From: Coleofasciculus sp. B1-GNL1-01 | GTDB taxonomy: Bacteria > Cyanobacteriota > Cyanobacteriia > Cyanobacteriales > Coleofasciculaceae | Assembly: GCA_040220235.1 (NCBI GenBank) | Contig: JAVJTO010000012.1 | Strand: one strand, 5' to 3' | DNA length: 57,912 nt | In this document: positions 20,501 to 33,661 of the stretch, piece by piece | Position numbering within the stretch: position 1 is the stretch's first letter | How the letters are laid out: each line of letters begins with the position of its first letter | The notes under the pieces: generated by a model | Told to the model about the DNA's origin: nothing | What the model saw: the letters and a program-made list of their open reading frames with translations, nothing else | The model's database searches: none | Translations under genes and position numbers: made by a program

Positions 20501-20929
20501 ATGTCACTCAATCCTTCCCTACTCTGGCTCCTGGCAGGATCAATGCTTTGTCTGGTGGAGCTATTCGTGCCGACGGCGTTTGTTGCCTTTACCATGGGAA
20601 TTAGTGCTTTAGTCGTGGCGATGGTGGCGTTAATTATTCCCCTGTTTCCGGTACAAGTGGTGCTATGGTTGGTGCTATCGACGGCGCTGGTTATCGCATC
20701 TCGTCGCATTCTCCCAGCCGCCAAAATAGCTAGACGTCTCGATGCCGTGGAAGCTCGAACCCTGACCGAAATTCCTCCCGGAGAAACGGGACGCATCCTC
20801 TATGAAGGCAATTCCTGGCAAGCGCGTTGTGATGATGAAACGGCGGCGATCGCACCTAATCAAAATGTTTATGTTGTCCGCCGTCAAGGGAACACACTCA
20901 TTGTGGTTCCCCAGACTCTCTTACACTAA
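20501..20929 (+). CDS. NfeD-family membrane protein
   Basis: Hydrophobic N-terminus plus OB-fold C-terminus (GRILYEGNSWQAR...VYVVRRQGNTLIV); directly upstream of an SPFH gene. Confidence 0.9.
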   Translation: MSLNPSLLWLLAGSMLCLVELFVPTAFVAFTMGISALVVAMVALIIPLFPVQVVLWLVLSTALVIASRRILPAAKIARRLDAVEARTLTEIPPGETGRILYEGNSWQARCDDETAAIAPNQNVYVVRRQGNTLIVVPQTLLH

Positions 20930-20999
20930 ATTTTTCGTTTGAAATACTCTGGCTACTCTTGACGGGTGGCATATTATCAAAATTCTAGGAGGTAATACC

Positions 21000-21995
21000 A
21001 TGAATCCATTCGCTTGGCTCATTATTTTGGTGCTTGGCGGTTCCGGAATTGCTAGCTCCATTAAGATTGTCAATCAAGGGAATGAAGCTTTGGTTGAGCG
21101 ATTGGGGAAATACAGTGGCAAAAAGCTGGAACCTGGCTTGAATATTATGGTTCCGGTTCTGGATCGCGTCGTATTCAAGGAAACGATTCGGGAAAAAGTT
21201 CTTGACATTCCTCCCCAAAAATGCATCACTTGCGATAATGTTTCCATCAGCGTGGACGCCGTGGTCTATTGGCGGATCATGGATATGGAAAAAGCTTACT
21301 ACAAGGTAGAAGATCTGCAAGCAGCCATGGTGAATTTAGTGCTGACTCAGATTCGTTCAGAAATGGGCAAACTGGAACTGGATCAAACCTTTACGGCGCG
21401 TTCTGAAGTGAATGAAACCTTGCTGCGGGAATTGGATATTGCCACTGATCCTTGGGGCGTGAAAGTGACACGGGTGGAATTGCGGGATATTGTGCCGTCC
21501 AAGGCGGTACAAGACTCGATGGAGTTGCAGATGTCAGCCGAACGGCGCAAACGGGCGGCAATTCTCACTTCCGAAGGGGAACGGGAATCAGCAGTGAATA
21601 GTGCCAGAGGGAACGCGGAAGCCCAGGTGCTAGATGCAGAAGCGCGACAAAAGGCGGCGATTTTAGACGCAGAGGCGCAACAAAAGGCGATTGTCCTCAA
21701 AGCCCAAGCCGAACGCCAGCAGTCCGTTCTCAAGGCGCAAGCTACCTCTGAGGCGCTGCAAATTGTGGCGAAGACACTCAAGAGTGATCCCGTTGCCCGT
21801 GATGCCCTACAGTTCTTACTGGCACAGAATTATCTGGACATGGGTAAAGAGATTGGCAGTAGCGATAGTAGCAAGGTAATGTTTATGGACCCCCGTGCGA
21901 TTCCGGCTACGATTGAGGGGATTCGATCCATGGTTGGCGATCGCGAATCGTTGGATTCGGAAGCGTTCAATTTTGAGTCGCACAATACCCGTTAA
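21000..21995 (+). CDS. SPFH/stomatin (band 7) protein
   Basis: [39 protein letters not shown] and [16 protein letters not shown] motifs. Confidence 0.95.
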   Translation: MNPFAWLIILVLGGSGIASSIKIVNQGNEALVERLGKYSGKKLEPGLNIMVPVLDRVVFKETIREKVLDIPPQKCITCDNVSISVDAVVYWRIMDMEKAYYKVEDLQAAMVNLVLTQIRSEMGKLELDQTFTARSEVNETLLRELDIATDPWGVKVTRVELRDIVPSKAVQDSMELQMSAERRKRAAILTSEGERESAVNSARGNAEAQVLDAEARQKAAILDAEAQQKAIVLKAQAERQQSVLKAQATSEALQIVAKTLKSDPVARDALQFLLAQNYLDMGKEIGSSDSSKVMFMDPRAIPATIEGIRSMVGDRESLDSEAFNFESHNTR

Positions 21996-22084
21996 GCTGG
22001 TAAAGGATCATTTGTTATTTGTCATCGTTTTCGGGTGGGCTATGCCCACCTTTTTTTGCTGTCTCAAGTGGGGAGAAATTGTTC

Positions 22085-23050
22085 ATGGAAACCCGCCAAT
22101 CTCAAGTCCTCGCCGGACTCCTGGGAGTCTGTGTGGGCGATGCGTTGGGTGTACCTGTGGAATTTACCACTAGGGAGGAACGCCTGCGATCGCCTGTTAC
22201 GACGATGCAGGGCTATGGAACCTATAATCAGCCCCCAGGAACTTGGTCTGATGACAGTTCTCTCACCTTCTGTTTAGCCGAAAGCCTCTGTCAGGGATTT
22301 TCCCTCGACGCGATCGCCGAATCCTTTTGTCGTTGGCATGATCAAGACTATTGGACGCCTCACGGTATTGTATTCGATATTGGCATGACCACAGCAGCCG
22401 CCCTGCGTCGCCTGCGTTGGGATCATGTTTCACCCTTGGACTCAGGGGGTAGGGATGAACGGAGTAATGGCAATGGGTCATTGATGCGAATTTTACCCAT
22501 GGCTTTTTATTATAAATTCCTAGAGTTTCCAGATTTAATTCAGAGAGTTCATCAGGTTTCTAGTATTACTCATGCCCATCTCCGTTCTCAGATGGCATGT
22601 GGGATTTATATTAGTATAGCGATTCGATTACTAGAGGGGGATGATCCAGCAACGGCTTATTTTAAAGGAATTAAACGGATTCAAAAACTCTACAATCAAC
22701 CCCCCTACACCTCAGAACTGGATAACTTTGCCAGAGTCTTCAATGGAGAAATTGCCCAGTTGCCTATGGAGGCAATTCAATCGGGAAGCTATGTTGTTCA
22801 TACCTTGGAAGCAGCATTGTGGTGTTTTTCAACCAGTACATCCTATTCCCAATCTGTGTTAAAAGCCGTTAATTTAGGCAGTGATACGGATACCACAGCA
22901 GCAGTTACCGGAGGATTAGCAGGACTATATTATGGTGTCGAAGCAATTCCCCAAGACTGGCTCGACCAAATTGCTCGGAAAGACGATATTGTTGACCTTG
23001 CCAAGCGTTTAGCTGTTAGTTTCAAAAAGAGCAAACATCTGGAGGAATGA
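22085..23050 (+). CDS. ADP-ribosylglycohydrolase (DraG/ARH family)
   Basis: [28 protein letters not shown] and [13 protein letters not shown] motifs. ATG at 22085 preferred as start. Confidence 0.93.
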   Translation: METRQSQVLAGLLGVCVGDALGVPVEFTTREERLRSPVTTMQGYGTYNQPPGTWSDDSSLTFCLAESLCQGFSLDAIAESFCRWHDQDYWTPHGIVFDIGMTTAAALRRLRWDHVSPLDSGGRDERSNGNGSLMRILPMAFYYKFLEFPDLIQRVHQVSSITHAHLRSQMACGIYISIAIRLLEGDDPATAYFKGIKRIQKLYNQPPYTSELDNFARVFNGEIAQLPMEAIQSGSYVVHTLEAALWCFSTSTSYSQSVLKAVNLGSDTDTTAAVTGGLAGLYYGVEAIPQDWLDQIARKDDIVDLAKRLAVSFKKSKHLEE

Positions 23051-26000
23051 CAGGACAAATTTGCTGTGGGATGGGATTGCCACTGAGTAAAAGTGACTCT
23101 AGATTGATAAGTTTAGAGAGAGAACTGACATCTTTTATTTGGTTATCATTGAGAAACAGCTCAGTCAGATTGGTAAGTCCAGAGAGAGGACTGACATCTT
23201 TTATTATGTTAACGCTGAGGTCAAGTGACCTTAGATTGGTAAGTCCAGAGAGAGGACTGACATCTTTTATTTGGTTAGATGCGAGGTGAAGCTCAGTCAG
23301 ACTCGATAGAATTTCATCAGCTTGAGAACAATTACTTGTGCCTGCTTTTTCTAACAGTACTTCAACTGTTTTTCTTAAAGGAGTTGACAAACTGGTTTGT
23401 TGGAGACACCACTCTCTAAAAGAACTCCCTAGACCGGGGTTAGCAGTTTGAGCAACTATTGAATCTGAGGGACGGAAGAGTGTGCCAATTGAATCTGAGG
23501 GACGGAAGAGTGTGCCAATTGAAGGGGGAGTACCAATTGAATCTGAGGGAGGAGGGAGTGTGTTACGTGGAGGGAGAAATTGGTCAAGTGAATCTGAGGG
23601 AGAGGGGACAGGGGGGAACGTGTTACATTCTACAAGTCGCCGCGAGAGATAATAAACGGCTCCTTGCTCCCCCGCGAGTCCTACACCCCAATAATAACTT
23701 CCCGTCGCCGGGAGATGTCCTTCCACGGCTTCATTGGGATTAAATACACCTTCCTCATATTTAATAGGACTGCCTTCCCTCCTCCATTCTATCTTTTCAT
23801 AATACCCAGCCCAGTCGATCTCATTTAAACGATAATGACCAGGCTGCGATGCAAATTGATCTAAAATAGACTTTTGCACACTGAAGCCAAACTTCTCATT
23901 TGATCGTTTTCTCCAAAGCCTATCTATAGTATTCAAATCTCGACAAGAGAGATTATCTAAGAAATTAAACTCTTCTTCAGTCGGGCTAGCAAAAATAATT
24001 AAATCAAAGCTTTTTTGATCAGCCTCTTTCCAGTTTCCTGATTCCATTAAAAAGTTGATTTGTGCTAGAAAGTGGCGTTTAAGCGATTCTTTTATCTGGA
24101 AATTATCTTGACCTGCTTTTTCCAGCAATGCCATGAATTCACTGTGTAAGTTTTCAATAGCATTAGCAGAAAGAATCGGTTGTTTCTGCGGAAGATACTG
24201 CGGGATAGGAATCTCAGTGTCTATATCAACATTTGGTAATTGTTTCCAAGCCACCTCCAGCCAGTTAAAGGCTTGCCGATACGCCTCTATTGCCTTTTGC
24301 CTTTCTCCCTTTTCCTGATACCAACTGCCCTGCACTCGCTGGACATGGACACGAATTGACCATTGTGCAAGGCTCTCTCTAGTAATTGTTGACGGTAATA
24401 ACTTCTGACTTTGTTCAATCGCTCGTTGAGCTTTAATCCGATATTCTCGCGCTTTTTTAGACTGATCCAATTCCTGATATTTTTTACTCAGTTGCAAAGA
24501 AGCTAAAGAAATAGAGGCTTGCAGCATGGCTTGCTTTAGCTCCCGAGTTTCCTCTTTTTCCAAGACTTCGTTAGTCGCTTGACTCGCTTGACTCCAAGCT
24601 TCTTGAGCATCATCAGAGAGTCCATTGTTGTGCAATTCTGCCGCTAGTTTGGATAATAGGGATACCGTCTCAATTTCTGTTTCAACCTTGTCTAAGGAGG
24701 CTTGACTTTGTTCATATTTTTTTTTGACAATCGCTAAATTATTGTTTGCTTCCCTTTGCTCCTTTTGTGCTATCCTCAGTTCCTCTGCTTTCTGCTTTCC
24801 AGCTTGATTTAACTGTTGAATATTCTGTTTGGCTGCTTTAACCCGATTCTGAGCTTCTCCTAGCTTTTTTTGAGCCTGTAGACTTTCTTGAGCGGCTTGT
24901 TGAGCTCGTTTCTCTAACTGTTGGAACTTTTGACGGGAACCTTCCAGGTTTTCGTTCGCTTCGGCTAAAGCTGTCTGTGAGGCTTCCACTTTCTGTGCTG
25001 CATCTTCAGCACTTTTCTGCATCAGTTTCTCATTTTTTATCGCTTGTTCTTCTCGTTTCTGAGCTTCTGTTGCTCTTTGGTTCGCTTCGGCTACCTGAGA
25101 GTTTGCCTTTTCAACCTTAGAATTGGCTTCAATAACCTTATTTCCGGCGATTATTCCTGAAATTACCGCCCCCAACACCGAGACAATTAACACGACAACG
25201 CCAATCTGAATCCGCCGTTTTGCCTTCCGATTCGCCTCAGTAAGTACCTGATTTCTTTTATCTGCTGCTTCCCTATCTTTCCTCTCCCTCTCTAACTCCG
25301 CTTCTTTCTTCTCTGCTGCAATCTGCTCCTCTATTCCCTTCTTCTCACTTGCGGCTAAAAACTGTTGATCCCAATAACTTAAATTCTTCTCCTTCCCCCA
25401 AGCTTGAGCATCCTGCAACGCCTTCCCTCGCAACAACCGCGATTCATCTAAGCATCCCGACGCCACCCAAGCTCTAAATGCTTCAGAATAAGGTCGTAAT
25501 GCGGCTAACTCTTGCTCAATCCAGTCTTGATTAAAGACTTCATAATAGATGCGATTGTAAACCTGAAGCACTGGAGACGTTCCCTCTCTGTGCTTCACCA
25601 CCAACCCCGATAACTGTAACTTCCCCTCCTCAAAACTGTTATTCGCAATCACTTCCCCCTGCTGCCACACCTGCTGATACAATTCCAACAAATAAGCCGC
25701 TCGCTGCTCATTCGAGAGAATGCGATTCCGTATTGTCTTCAGATGTTCGGGTTCATCGTTCTTTTCCCAGTCTGAAGTAATATGGACTCGCACTAATTCC
25801 TCAATCCCCATCCTCTCAGCACCAACGGGAATAGCATGACCAGAATTACAAACCAACTGACAAAGCTTTTGAGTTAAAAACGGCTGTCCTCCTGTCCAAT
25901 TTAATATCTCTTGAATAACCGCCTCTGGATGACTAACCCATCCCTCCAACCCCTTAACTAATGGCTCAACTTCATGCCATTGAAACCCATGTAACTCAAT

Positions 26001-26609
26001 CGCCCGTCCAATATTAAACGGAGTTCGGTTTTTATCTTCAATCAAATCCCCTGGTGTGGCGACTCCCAATAACACAAAACTGAGGCGGTTATAGGCTTTA
26101 TTTTCGGCACGATTGTTGAAACAGGCTCGAATGAGGGCAAAAAAGTCATCCTTAAACCCCAATTGCAGAACACTATCAATTTCATCAATAAAAATAACAA
26201 TCGGTTCGGTAATTTGTGTCAGCAATACCTCTTCGATAAACTCTCGAAAAAACTGGACTGGGGGAATATCCTTATGTTCATCGCGCCAAGTCCGAAATGA
26301 GAACTTCCCCTCTAACCCCAATCGACTCACCAGCGTTTTAGTTAAGCCGCCGTACCACTTCTCTGGCGTAACCTGCTGGGTTCCTAACTCGGTAATATCA
26401 ACCGATGCACAGGCTAACCCATCTTTTTGCAGCCGTTTCATCGTTTGCACTTTCAGAGAAGATTTCCCCATCTGCCGAGAATTCAACACATAGCAAAATT
26501 CCCCAGCCTGCAATAGCTTGTAGAGTTCCTCATCGGCAGAACGCTTGACATAACTCTTCGCATCAAGGGGTAAACATCCCCCAACCTGATAGGTGCTGGT
26601 ATTCATCAC
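23022..26609 (-). CDS. AAA_35 ATPase-like + TM + coiled coil + GUN4-like + LRR protein
   Basis: [29 protein letters not shown] and [15 protein letters not shown] near aa 467-487; GUN4-like WKEADQ...IDRLW...KFGFSVQK; LRRs of the form [16 protein letters not shown]. Confidence 0.88.
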   Translation of the reverse strand: MMNTSTYQVGGCLPLDAKSYVKRSADEELYKLLQAGEFCYVLNSRQMGKSSLKVQTMKRLQKDGLACASVDITELGTQQVTPEKWYGGLTKTLVSRLGLEGKFSFRTWRDEHKDIPPVQFFREFIEEVLLTQITEPIVIFIDEIDSVLQLGFKDDFFALIRACFNNRAENKAYNRLSFVLLGVATPGDLIEDKNRTPFNIGRAIELHGFQWHEVEPLVKGLEGWVSHPEAVIQEILNWTGGQPFLTQKLCQLVCNSGHAIPVGAERMGIEELVRVHITSDWEKNDEPEHLKTIRNRILSNEQRAAYLLELYQQVWQQGEVIANNSFEEGKLQLSGLVVKHREGTSPVLQVYNRIYYEVFNQDWIEQELAALRPYSEAFRAWVASGCLDESRLLRGKALQDAQAWGKEKNLSYWDQQFLAASEKKGIEEQIAAEKKEAELERERKDREAADKRNQVLTEANRKAKRRIQIGVVVLIVSVLGAVISGIIAGNKVIEANSKVEKANSQVAEANQRATEAQKREEQAIKNEKLMQKSAEDAAQKVEASQTALAEANENLEGSRQKFQQLEKRAQQAAQESLQAQKKLGEAQNRVKAAKQNIQQLNQAGKQKAEELRIAQKEQREANNNLAIVKKKYEQSQASLDKVETEIETVSLLSKLAAELHNNGLSDDAQEAWSQASQATNEVLEKEETRELKQAMLQASISLASLQLSKKYQELDQSKKAREYRIKAQRAIEQSQKLLPSTITRESLAQWSIRVHVQRVQGSWYQEKGERQKAIEAYRQAFNWLEVAWKQLPNVDIDTEIPIPQYLPQKQPILSANAIENLHSEFMALLEKAGQDNFQIKESLKRHFLAQINFLMESGNWKEADQKSFDLIIFASPTEEEFNFLDNLSCRDLNTIDRLWRKRSNEKFGFSVQKSILDQFASQPGHYRLNEIDWAGYYEKIEWRREGSPIKYEEGVFNPNEAVEGHLPATGSYYWGVGLAGEQGAVYYLSRRLVECNTFPPVPSPSDSLDQFLPPRNTLPPPSDSIGTPPSIGTLFRPSDSIGTLFRPSDSIVAQTANPGLGSSFREWCLQQTSLSTPLRKTVEVLLEKAGTSNCSQADEILSSLTELHLASNQIKDVSPLSGLTNLRSLDLSVNIIKDVSPLSGLTNLTELFLNDNQIKDVSSLSKLINLESLLLSGNPIPQQICPVIPPDVCSF
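23458..23600. repeat. 30-bp in-frame tandem repeat ([10 protein letters not shown] linker)
   Basis: ATTGAATCTGAGGGACGGAAGAGTGTGCCA occurs twice, followed by degenerate copies, inside the CDS. Confidence 0.85.
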
Positions 26610-27901
26610 AATTCTCCAAGATGCTCTCTAAAATACTGTCGATATAAATCACAACTTAACCTCACCTCATTTCCCTGTTTTTTCACCAACCCCATGCTGT
26701 ATAACTTATAAGCTTGCAGCGATTCCAGACGCACAGGAAAGTCAGCTTCAACCACTTTCAGCAGTGCTTTAGCTAAATCGGGATGTTGTTGCAGGATGCG
26801 CCAAAGATGTCGTAGGTGATTGGCATAGATTCCCGCATCCGTGGGGGCAGTTTGCAGTAGTGATTCTAACGAACCCTTACCCTTGAGTTGATAGTAGGAG
26901 AAAGCTTGCTCAACTAAATAAGGATGTCCTCCTACCATTGCCATCAGTTGCTCAACTAAAGATTGACTCCAAGTCTGTCCATGTTGTCGGGCTAATTCCT
27001 GGACTTGGGATAGGGTAAATTCCGGCAATTCAAGGGGCAGTCCCACATTAAACGGAGATTCATTAATATTGAGGGGAATATAAACTTCTGTGGAATGGAC
27101 AACTACTAACCGCAGCCGCTGCCAAACCTTTTCCACTTTGCCTCGTTCGTGCCATGCCCTGAGTAATCCTAAAAATTCCGAGGCGACTTCACGGTAAGGA
27201 AACACTCGGTCTACTTCATCTAAGCATAAAACTACTGGAGAACCAGCTTGAGGCAACAGATATTTCTCAAAATATTCGGTGCAATCCACTTTAGACGTGG
27301 AAAACTCTTCATCCCAATACTCCGCTAACCGATTCGGTATTCCTAAGCTTTGACCAACACTGATACAAAACCACTTAAAAAATTCATCTACATTGGTCAA
27401 ATCCGTGCGATTGGCTAAGTGAAGATTTAAATACGCCGTTCGGTAGCTATCTTGAGCAAGCCTATCCAGCACTTTAGCCATGAGTAAGGTTTTCCCCATC
27501 AGACTGGGGGCTTTTATCCTCACCAAAGCACCGGGACTTTTTAGCGTTTCATAGCAAGATTCTTCAATCGGAGGACGTTTGACATAAATCAAGGGTGACT
27601 CGTCCTCAAAGTCGTCTGTGATTACCCTGGTTGCGTCTTCCTCACCGTTGACTGAGGTGGTATGATCAAGAGTATCTGGAAAAAGCGCGATCACTTTCCA
27701 ATCCTGCCCCAATCGTTCGCTAATTTCTTGAAAATTCAGGATATCTACAGCTCGACCATTGAGATAAGCCCCCAGGGTTGAGAGTGATATCATTAACTCC
27801 TCAGCTAAGTCTTTCTGGCGAGGATAGCCGTTTCGCTTAACGGCTGATTTTACCGTTGAAACATAATCTGGATGAACCCTAAGTGAGCGAGACATGATCA
27901 A
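26606..27901 (-). CDS. HTH + AAA_35 ATPase-like protein
   Basis: N-terminal [42 protein letters not shown] and VGGHPYL. Its stop overlaps the start of the downstream AAA_35 gene. Confidence 0.9.
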   Translation of the reverse strand: MIMSRSLRVHPDYVSTVKSAVKRNGYPRQKDLAEELMISLSTLGAYLNGRAVDILNFQEISERLGQDWKVIALFPDTLDHTTSVNGEEDATRVITDDFEDESPLIYVKRPPIEESCYETLKSPGALVRIKAPSLMGKTLLMAKVLDRLAQDSYRTAYLNLHLANRTDLTNVDEFFKWFCISVGQSLGIPNRLAEYWDEEFSTSKVDCTEYFEKYLLPQAGSPVVLCLDEVDRVFPYREVASEFLGLLRAWHERGKVEKVWQRLRLVVVHSTEVYIPLNINESPFNVGLPLELPEFTLSQVQELARQHGQTWSQSLVEQLMAMVGGHPYLVEQAFSYYQLKGKGSLESLLQTAPTDAGIYANHLRHLWRILQQHPDLAKALLKVVEADFPVRLESLQAYKLYSMGLVKKQGNEVRLSCDLYRQYFREHLGEL

Positions 27902-28195
27902 GAAGGATGTAGGGAGTGAGCAGTAGGCAGTCGAAAAGCCCTTGAGCTAAAAAGGGGCAAGCTAAATATTGATAAAACTTTGATTGTTTGTCAGTTTCAC
28001 CAATCTTACCACTTTGCTGAATATTCAAACTATAACCGTTTTTCCTAGAGACTTAGCCCAACTCCAGTACAACTCAACTACAAGTCAGTAATCCATTAAA
28101 ACTCAGTGATAACTCACCTCAGCTCAAAACTTTTCCCCGCCTGAACTCCATTAGCCGCAAGCTTTGATCAGGGTGTAGCCCATTCAAACAACCTC

Positions 28196-28351
28196 ATGGA
28201 CAACCTCAAAAGCTTCCACACCCTTCTCGAACTTATTATCTTGATTCTCACCCTCTCAAGTCAATCCCCTTGGTTAGGGGTTATCGCTATTGTTGGTGCA
28301 TTATTATGTTTGTTCATCGACGACGATGTTTTTGGAGCAGGGGATAGATAA
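28196..28351 (+). CDS. Possible 51-aa hydrophobic protein
   Basis: Manual translation MDNLKSFHTLLELIILILTLSSQSPWLGVIAIVGALLCLFIDDDVFGAGDR*; no homology recognised. Confidence 0.3.
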   Translation: MDNLKSFHTLLELIILILTLSSQSPWLGVIAIVGALLCLFIDDDVFGAGDR

Positions 28352-28665
28352 CTGTATACCGTAGGGTGGGTTGAGCAAAGTCGAAACCCACCAGCCTTAA
28401 GTTAGCGCCATTCAAATTAAGCTGTTTGGCATTTAAACCTTAATGTCAATAATGACGAAATCATTGGTGTGCGAGCATCTTGCTCGCTACGGATTCCCAA
28501 TTTAAATGCGTGACAGCTTACTCGACCATTTACAGACTGTTAATTTAAGAGTCTATTACAATAGAGAGTAGCTCAATGGGGAAAAGTTTGAACCTTTGAA
28601 CTGTGGGCGAGTACTAGGGACTCTACTCTCAACAGCACAACGGTTCGCTATCTTTAACTCCTATC

Positions 28666-31600
28666 ATGTATGAATATAAAGTTGGTGGCAGTCTCCCGGC
28701 TGATTCTCCCACCTACGTCTGGCGACAAGCCGATCGCGCTCTCTATACGGCATTAAAAGCAGGACTTTTTTGTTATGTCCTGAATTCTCGACAGATGGGG
28801 AAGTCTAGCTTGCGTGTGCAAACCATGACGCGACTCCAGTCAGAAGGAATTGCCTGTGCTGCGATTGATTTAACTGAAATTATTAGTCCCGATATTACGC
28901 CGAGTGAATTTTATGGCAGTATTACCTATACCCTAGCTGATAGTTTTCATCTATTGGAGAAAATTGGCGACTTTGATAGCTGGTGGAGCAACTATGAAAC
29001 TCTGTCCAGTACACAGGGATTGGTGCGATTTATTAAAGATGTCCTGCTCAGACATGAGTCACTTCTTGGCAAAAAAATAATTATTTTTGTCGATGAAGTA
29101 GACAGTGTTCTACGTTTGCCTTTTTCCGTGAATGACTTTTTTGGTTTAATTCGCGCTTGTCACAATAATCGCGCCGATCAACCGGAATATAACCGCCTCA
29201 CGTTTGCGATTTTAGGTGTGGCGTCGCCAACAGATTTAATTCGTTCCCAAGCCTATAGTCTTCCCTTCAACTGTGGAAAAGCCATTGAACTTACGGGGTT
29301 TCGCTTAGACGAAGCCGAACCCATTACTAAAGGGTTAACCGTCAAATCTGCCAATTCCCAGGAACTGACAAAAGCGGTACTCAGTTGGACACAGGGACAG
29401 CCCTTTTTAACCCAAAAACTCTGTAAGCTAATCGTCGAAGCGGAGGATGCACCACCGCTAGGACAAGAATCCAACTGGGTTGAGCAACTGGTGCGATCGC
29501 GCATTTTGGAAAACTGGGAAAGCCACGATGAACCCGAACATTTACGCACCATTCGCGATCGCTTACTCCGAAATGAACAACGCAGTCGTTCCCTGTTAAA
29601 ACTTTACCAAAAAATTCTATCTTCGTCTCATTCCTCTGCCATTCATGGGATATCAAACTTCGGCAATTCCCCGAATCGATACGGAGAAATTATTGATAAT
29701 GATAGTCCTGAAGAAATGGAACTGCGCTTGTCGGGATTAGTGGTCAAACAAGGAAGTATTTTAAAGGTTCACAATCGCATTTATCGGTCAGTTTTTAACC
29801 CCAGTTGGGTAAAAAAACATCTAGCGGCATTAGAACCTGAACCTCAATATTCGCAATTTCAGAAAACTCTGGCTGAACTGGAGCGGAAACTGTTAGTCTC
29901 TCAACTCGCTTGTGTTGCTGATGGTAGAGATTCGGTGCAGGCGTTGTATGAGGTGTTGCGAGACGTAACCTTACGCATTGGTGATTTACTCAGCGCCGAT
30001 CGCGCGACTATCTTTTTGCTCAATGAAGACAAAACTGAACTTTGGTCAGTCGTGGCTGAAAATGAAGGGAGTGAATTTCTGGATATTCAGGTACGATTAG
30101 GGGAAGGAATTGCAGGTCAAGTGGCAAAAACGCGAAAATCTATTAATATTCGCTCGAATGTTTATCAAGATTCTCGCTCCGAATTGGTGAAGGCTTATGA
30201 CGAAAAATATAACTATTATACTTATAATGTCTTGGCATTGCCAATTATTAAAGAAAATCAGCAAGTTATTGCTGTCATTCAATTACTCAATAAATTAAAG
30301 CGACCCAAAAACTCAAATAATCAAGGAAATTGGTTAATCAATCGCCACGGCTTTAGTCAACGGGATCAAAAGCAACTAGCAGAATTTGTTCCGGCAATTC
30401 GCCGAATTCTGGAAAGCTGTCAATCCTGTTATCGTGCCACAAAGAAACTGCGAGCAACCGCTGCTTTAGCAGAAGCCACTCGTTCCCTAGATAAGAGTAG
30501 TTTAGATATTCAAGAAATCCTCCCACGAGTCATGGATGCGGCGAAGAAACTGATGAATGCTGACCGCAGTACCTTATGGCTTTTGGATCGCGATCGCCAG
30601 GATTTATGGACAAAAATTCTCCAAGCTGATGGTTCCTTAACCCAAATGCGAGTTCCTGTCGGTGTGGGATTTGTGGGTAAGGTGGCTAAAACAGGTCAAC
30701 CCCTGAATATTCCCTTTGACCTCTACGATCATCCTGATGCAACCAATTCTCGAAAATTTGACCACACCACAGGTTATCGCACCTGTAGTTTGCTCTGTAT
30801 GCCTGTATTTAACGCCGATGGTGAATTAATTGGCGTGACCCAATTGGTTAATAAACGTAAACCCGGAAATTTTCCGTTCTATAAACATGAAGATTGGCCC
30901 CAACCACCCGAACAATTTCAAGCCAGTTTTGATGAGCATGACTGTCAGTCCATGCAAGTGTTTAATGAGCGAGTGGGTGTAATTTTGCAATATGCAAAGA
31001 CTCATGAAACTTTAAAGCAATTTACCCAAATTCAACCTAAAGAAGGGGTTCACAATACCCTGGTGATGCTTAATCAAGCCGTGGGCAACCATAGCGATGA
31101 AGTGATACATAACATGCTAAGTTTTATTGCAAAATCCGTGACCAAGACCCTGGATACTGAACAGACTACGATTTTTGTCTTGAATAGCGAAAACCAAGCG
31201 TTTTGGTCATTAATTGTTGATCATGAAACGGGAAAATTAAGAGAAGTTCAGCTTGCTACTGATGGAAGCGAGTTAGCCTCTATCTCTAAACCAATACGAC
31301 ATCGAATTAGTCAGGAGCATCCCCGCCTCTCGACGTTAATTCAAACCGCTACTCCTCAGTTTAAGGATTATCTGATTCACAGTTATTTAGTCTATCCTAT
31401 CGTCAATTCGCAGCAGACTGTGGTAGCACTGATTGAATTAATTAATAAACTCAAACCTACTAGCGATCGCGGCGCACCATTATCTGAACGTATTGACCCT
31501 AAAGGGTTTAGCAAAGCCGATGAAAAGCAACTGGCTCAATCTGTCCCCTCAATTCTACCGATTCTGGAAGGCGTACAATCCTTTTATCGAGAAATGCGGA

Positions 31601-32211
31601 TCATTCAGGGGCGACAAGCGATCGATGCGTTATGGTTAGCGATTAGTTCGATTAGTCAAGGGAATTGGACATCTCAGGAAATTCTGCAAAAAGTCATGGA
31701 TGCGGCGCAAAGGTTGACCAATGCTGATCGCAGTATCCTGTGGTTAGTTAACCGTCAACACGGTGACTTATGGACTGAACTTGCTGGTGTTGGCGAAATT
31801 CGCTGTGAAATTGGTATGGGGTTTGCGGGTCAAGTGGCAGCATCTGGTAAGCTAATGATGATTCCCTATGACTTGTATGACCATGATGGCGCATTACACG
31901 CCAAACAAATGGATTTAGCAACCGGATATCGCACCTATAGTTTACTCTGTATGCCTGTTTTAAGTCGCGATGGGGAATTATTGGGGGTGACGCAGTTACT
32001 CAACAAGCGCAAACGGGGGAATTTCCCGGAGGATCACCCTGCTGATTGTCTTGATGTTCCTGATTATTTTAAGACGAGTTTTAATGAACGCGATCGCCGA
32101 TATATGGAGATATTTAATAATCAAGTCGCCGTGATTGTTCAAAGCAATCAACAGCAGGATGTCTTGAAAAGTGAAATTTTGGGGAGACTATCTAGAGCGT
32201 CAGTTCAGTAA
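28666..32211 (+). CDS. AAA_35 domain plus four GAF domains
   Basis: N-terminal AAA_35 motifs as in 23022-26609; repeated ADR.T.W/F...G.G.AG.VA..G...LL.NK...F...D units typical of PDE/CyaB-type GAF domains. No output domain is visible. Confidence 0.88.
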   Translation: MYEYKVGGSLPADSPTYVWRQADRALYTALKAGLFCYVLNSRQMGKSSLRVQTMTRLQSEGIACAAIDLTEIISPDITPSEFYGSITYTLADSFHLLEKIGDFDSWWSNYETLSSTQGLVRFIKDVLLRHESLLGKKIIIFVDEVDSVLRLPFSVNDFFGLIRACHNNRADQPEYNRLTFAILGVASPTDLIRSQAYSLPFNCGKAIELTGFRLDEAEPITKGLTVKSANSQELTKAVLSWTQGQPFLTQKLCKLIVEAEDAPPLGQESNWVEQLVRSRILENWESHDEPEHLRTIRDRLLRNEQRSRSLLKLYQKILSSSHSSAIHGISNFGNSPNRYGEIIDNDSPEEMELRLSGLVVKQGSILKVHNRIYRSVFNPSWVKKHLAALEPEPQYSQFQKTLAELERKLLVSQLACVADGRDSVQALYEVLRDVTLRIGDLLSADRATIFLLNEDKTELWSVVAENEGSEFLDIQVRLGEGIAGQVAKTRKSINIRSNVYQDSRSELVKAYDEKYNYYTYNVLALPIIKENQQVIAVIQLLNKLKRPKNSNNQGNWLINRHGFSQRDQKQLAEFVPAIRRILESCQSCYRATKKLRATAALAEATRSLDKSSLDIQEILPRVMDAAKKLMNADRSTLWLLDRDRQDLWTKILQADGSLTQMRVPVGVGFVGKVAKTGQPLNIPFDLYDHPDATNSRKFDHTTGYRTCSLLCMPVFNADGELIGVTQLVNKRKPGNFPFYKHEDWPQPPEQFQASFDEHDCQSMQVFNERVGVILQYAKTHETLKQFTQIQPKEGVHNTLVMLNQAVGNHSDEVIHNMLSFIAKSVTKTLDTEQTTIFVLNSENQAFWSLIVDHETGKLREVQLATDGSELASISKPIRHRISQEHPRLSTLIQTATPQFKDYLIHSYLVYPIVNSQQTVVALIELINKLKPTSDRGAPLSERIDPKGFSKADEKQLAQSVPSILPILEGVQSFYREMRIIQGRQAIDALWLAISSISQGNWTSQEILQKVMDAAQRLTNADRSILWLVNRQHGDLWTELAGVGEIRCEIGMGFAGQVAASGKLMMIPYDLYDHDGALHAKQMDLATGYRTYSLLCMPVLSRDGELLGVTQLLNKRKRGNFPEDHPADCLDVPDYFKTSFNERDRRYMEIFNNQVAVIVQSNQQQDVLKSEILGRLSRASVQ

Positions 32212-32496
32212 CTAAAGTTAGGGATTAAATCCATTGTCTGGTTTCCCTTTAGACACGGTAGGGGCTGGGTTTTGCACAATTGTAGGGGCGGGTTTAGGGA
32301 CTAAATTCCGCTATTTACCGATAACGGAACAACAAAACCCGCCCTCCTCACCACTAACGGAACAACAAAACCCGCCCTCTCTCACCGATAACCGAATGAG
32401 GACAAGATCCCCGACTTCTTGAAGAAGTCAGGGATCTGAGCATCTAGCATTTCACAACTCAAACAGGATGGCTATATTAAACCTGTACTTGGTAAT

Positions 32497-32637
32497 TTAT
32501 CGCCCTTCCTTGGGGCGATCGCCTTCAAAGGGTTGAACACCTGTATCTGGATATTCATCATCGTTAGCGCCGAAAATTCGCTTGACGCCTCCCCAGAGGT
32601 AATCAAACATCTCCTGTACTCGTTCTACAACTGTCAT
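32497..32637 (-). CDS. Conserved cyanobacterial small protein (46 aa)
   Basis: MTVVERVQEMFDYLWGGVKRIFGANDDEYPDTGVQPFEGDRPKEGR*, with a GGAGG RBS. The RIF...DDEYP.TGVQPFEGD motif is recognised from other cyanobacteria. Confidence 0.75.
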   Translation of the reverse strand: MTVVERVQEMFDYLWGGVKRIFGANDDEYPDTGVQPFEGDRPKEGR

Positions 32638-32949
32638 AGCTTTCCTCCACAGGTTATCGTCAAAACCGATTTAAAATACGTTATTGATAAATAAGGGTGA
32701 ACACCCATCCCCAATTTAGGATAAAAGAAGACGTTGTGTCTAGTTCGCTTAACCGAATCCTAGTTTTCACGCTTGTTGACGTGAGTCAACCTCTGGGTAT
32801 TTATACTCAAAGCAAGTGATAACTTAAGATCAAGCGGGGATGAGTTATCCTATCATAACCGTATTGCCCTTAAATATAGCGCTAACCTATCATCCTCTCA
32901 AAGAGGTACTCTGACAATCCTAGCGATTTCCAGCAATACAGCATTGTCC

Positions 32950-33315
32950 TTACTCCATCTCAAGTTCAGGTTCTCGTTGAGCAAAGTAGTTACTCAAGAA
33001 GGTATTAACCAGAGATAGGACAATCGGACCAAAAATAAACGCGGGTAAGCCCTGAACGGCAAATCCAGGTACAGCTACAGCAGCTAACCAAAAACACAAT
33101 CCATTGACCACCAAAGAAAATAATCCGAGTGTCACGATATTCAATGGGAGAGATAGCACAGACAGAATTGGCTTAATAAATGAGTTCACCACGCCAATGG
33201 ATGCAGCCCCTAATAAAGCCGCTATAAACGTGGCTAGGTCAACACCTGGAACAATTAGATCAACAACCAATAAACTCAAGGCTGTGGCTAACAAGGTAAA
33301 AAAGAATGCCTTCAT
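32950..33315 (-). CDS. YvlD/phage-holin-4-like 4-TM membrane protein
   Basis: VNSFIKPILSVLSLPLNIVTLGLFSLVVNG motif; ATG at 33315. Confidence 0.88.
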   Translation of the reverse strand: MKAFFFTLLATALSLLVVDLIVPGVDLATFIAALLGAASIGVVNSFIKPILSVLSLPLNIVTLGLFSLVVNGLCFWLAAVAVPGFAVQGLPAFIFGPIVLSLVNTFLSNYFAQREPELEME

Positions 33316-33661
33316 AAATTTTTCCTCACTTGTAATGTTCAAATATCTGAAAAAACGATACTACTGTTAGTATCTATCGCTATGGGTCTGATTGTCATCT
33401 CTACAGAGATAGATTTTGCCACCTGTTAGATTAGCTGGATAAACTGAGGTCGGTTGGGTCGAGGGATGAGACTCCACACAAGCTGGCTTTAGTCTGTTGG
33501 GTTTCACGTCGTTCAACCTAACCCACCCCGGTAAGACACAGGAGTTGATTCACCTTGCCACCCGACAATTATGAAAAAATCATTCTCCAGATGGAGGTTA
33601 AGAACTGAGTTTAGCCGTTAATCTTTATAGAGTAACCGACAAACTTAATTTATTAATCCTT

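Noticed and set aside
23458..23600. 30-bp repeats as a possible CRISPR array
   Set aside because: Contiguous tandem copies with no spacers, in frame within a CDS, and no cas genes nearby.
32950..33315. Prophage, suggested by the holin-family label
   Set aside because: This YvlD-like family is common in stress clusters, and there are no phage genes nearby.
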